From positions 62,001 through 126,000 of the forward strand of contig NIVC01002164.1 of the NCBI GenBank assembly GCA_002269645.1: a DNA stretch of 64,000 nt, given 5' to 3'. Below the pieces are notes generated by a model. The model saw nothing but the letters and a program-made list of their open reading frames with translations, made no database searches and was not told the origin of the DNA. Below, piece by piece: positions 63,331 through 64,000 of the stretch. This DNA comes from Macrostomum lignano (taxonomy: Eukaryota). Made by a program: the position numbers and the translations under genes. Numbering within the stretch: the first letter of the stretch is position 1; every line of letters starts with the position of its first letter.

Positions 63331-63933
63331 TCAATCGTCTTCGGCCTTCGATTCGCTCTTTTTATCGTCCGTCTCCTCATCCGAATCTGTTGACTTCTTG
63401 GTCTTTGTTTCTGGCTCTTCTTCCTTCTCCTCAGACTCTTTGTCCTTCTCCTCAGACTCTTTGTCCTTCTCCTCAGACTCTTTGTCCTTCTCCTCAGACT
63501 CTTTGTCCTTCTCCTCAGACTCTTTGTCCTTCTCCTCAGACTCTTTGTCCTTCTCCTCAGACTCTTTGTCCTTCTCCTCAGACTCTTTGTCCTTCTCCTC
63601 AGATTTTTTGTCCTTCTCCTCGGACTCTTTGTCCTTCTTCTCAGACTCTTTGTCCTTCTCCTCGGACTCTTTGTCTTTCTCATCAGACTCTCTGTCTTTC
63701 ATGTCGGTGTCTTTGACCTTATCAGAATTCTTATCCTCAGCTTCCGCTTCTTTATCCTTCTCCTCCTCTTCATCATTTTCTTCGGACTCTTTGTCCTTCT
63801 TATCCGACTCTTTGTTTTTCTCACCAGTCTTTGAACCCTCGTCGCCATCCTCCTTCTCTTCCTTCTCCTTGTCTCCGCCTTTGTCCACCTCTTTTTTATC
63901 GTCCCTCTGTTCTTGGTCTTCGATTTTCTCGCT
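63331..63933 (-). CDS. Terminal exon encoding an Asp/Glu/Lys-rich tail with KDKESEE heptad repeats; gene continues beyond the window
   Basis: Polypyrimidine tract plus AG at 63935-63934, then 201 codons in phase 0 to a stop at 63331. The unique flanks are also D/E/K-rich in the same frame as the 21-bp repeat (63425-63690). Confidence 0.6.
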   Translation of the reverse strand, partial: SEKIEDQEQRDDKKEVDKGGDKEKEEKEDGDEGSKTGEKNKESDKKDKESEENDEEEEKDKEAEAEDKNSDKVKDTDMKDRESDEKDKESEEKDKESEKKDKESEEKDKKSEEKDKESEEKDKESEEKDKESEEKDKESEEKDKESEEKDKESEEKDKESEEKDKESEEKEEEPETKTKKSTDSDEETDDKKSESKAEDD

Positions 63934-64000
63934 CTAAAAAAGAAGGAAAAATCAGGCCTGAGATGAGGCAAGGAACCAGGGAGAGAACGGCACTACAATC

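Overview
Eukaryotic (animal, invertebrate-like) genomic DNA with spliceosomal GT-AG genes and GC-rich exons. Roughly a fifth of the window is simple or minisatellite tandem repeat. The overall texture suggests a flatworm such as Macrostomum, but that is only an inference. Host genes reconstructed by hand, in order: a 4-exon GT32 (DXD, SUR1/OCH1-like) glycosyltransferase (-), a 2-exon class A neuropeptide-type GPCR (-), a poorly supported 3' gene fragment (+), a multi-exon 3-PDZ scaffold (-), complexin (+), an intronless 2151-aa DCDC1-like doublecortin/ricin protein (-), ARL6IP1 (+), a group III secreted PLA2 (-) and the Glu/Lys-rich last exon of a gene leaving the window (-). Mobile DNA: a foldback-type element with a 9-bp TSD carrying a SWIM-like plus USP-protease fragment, a decayed DD34D mariner, two intron-containing tyrosine-recombinase (Crypton-like) remnants, a decayed piggyBac, two hAT-type MITEs, a palindromic MITE pair, a tRNA-derived SINE and a LINE 3' fragment. 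Best leads: the USP-carrying foldback element, the Crypton pair, an apparent CEP120-like C2 domain inside the DCDC1-like protein, and a MITE-borne CLEAR/E-box just upstream of ARL6IP1. All family assignments are by eye from remembered motifs; no searches were run.
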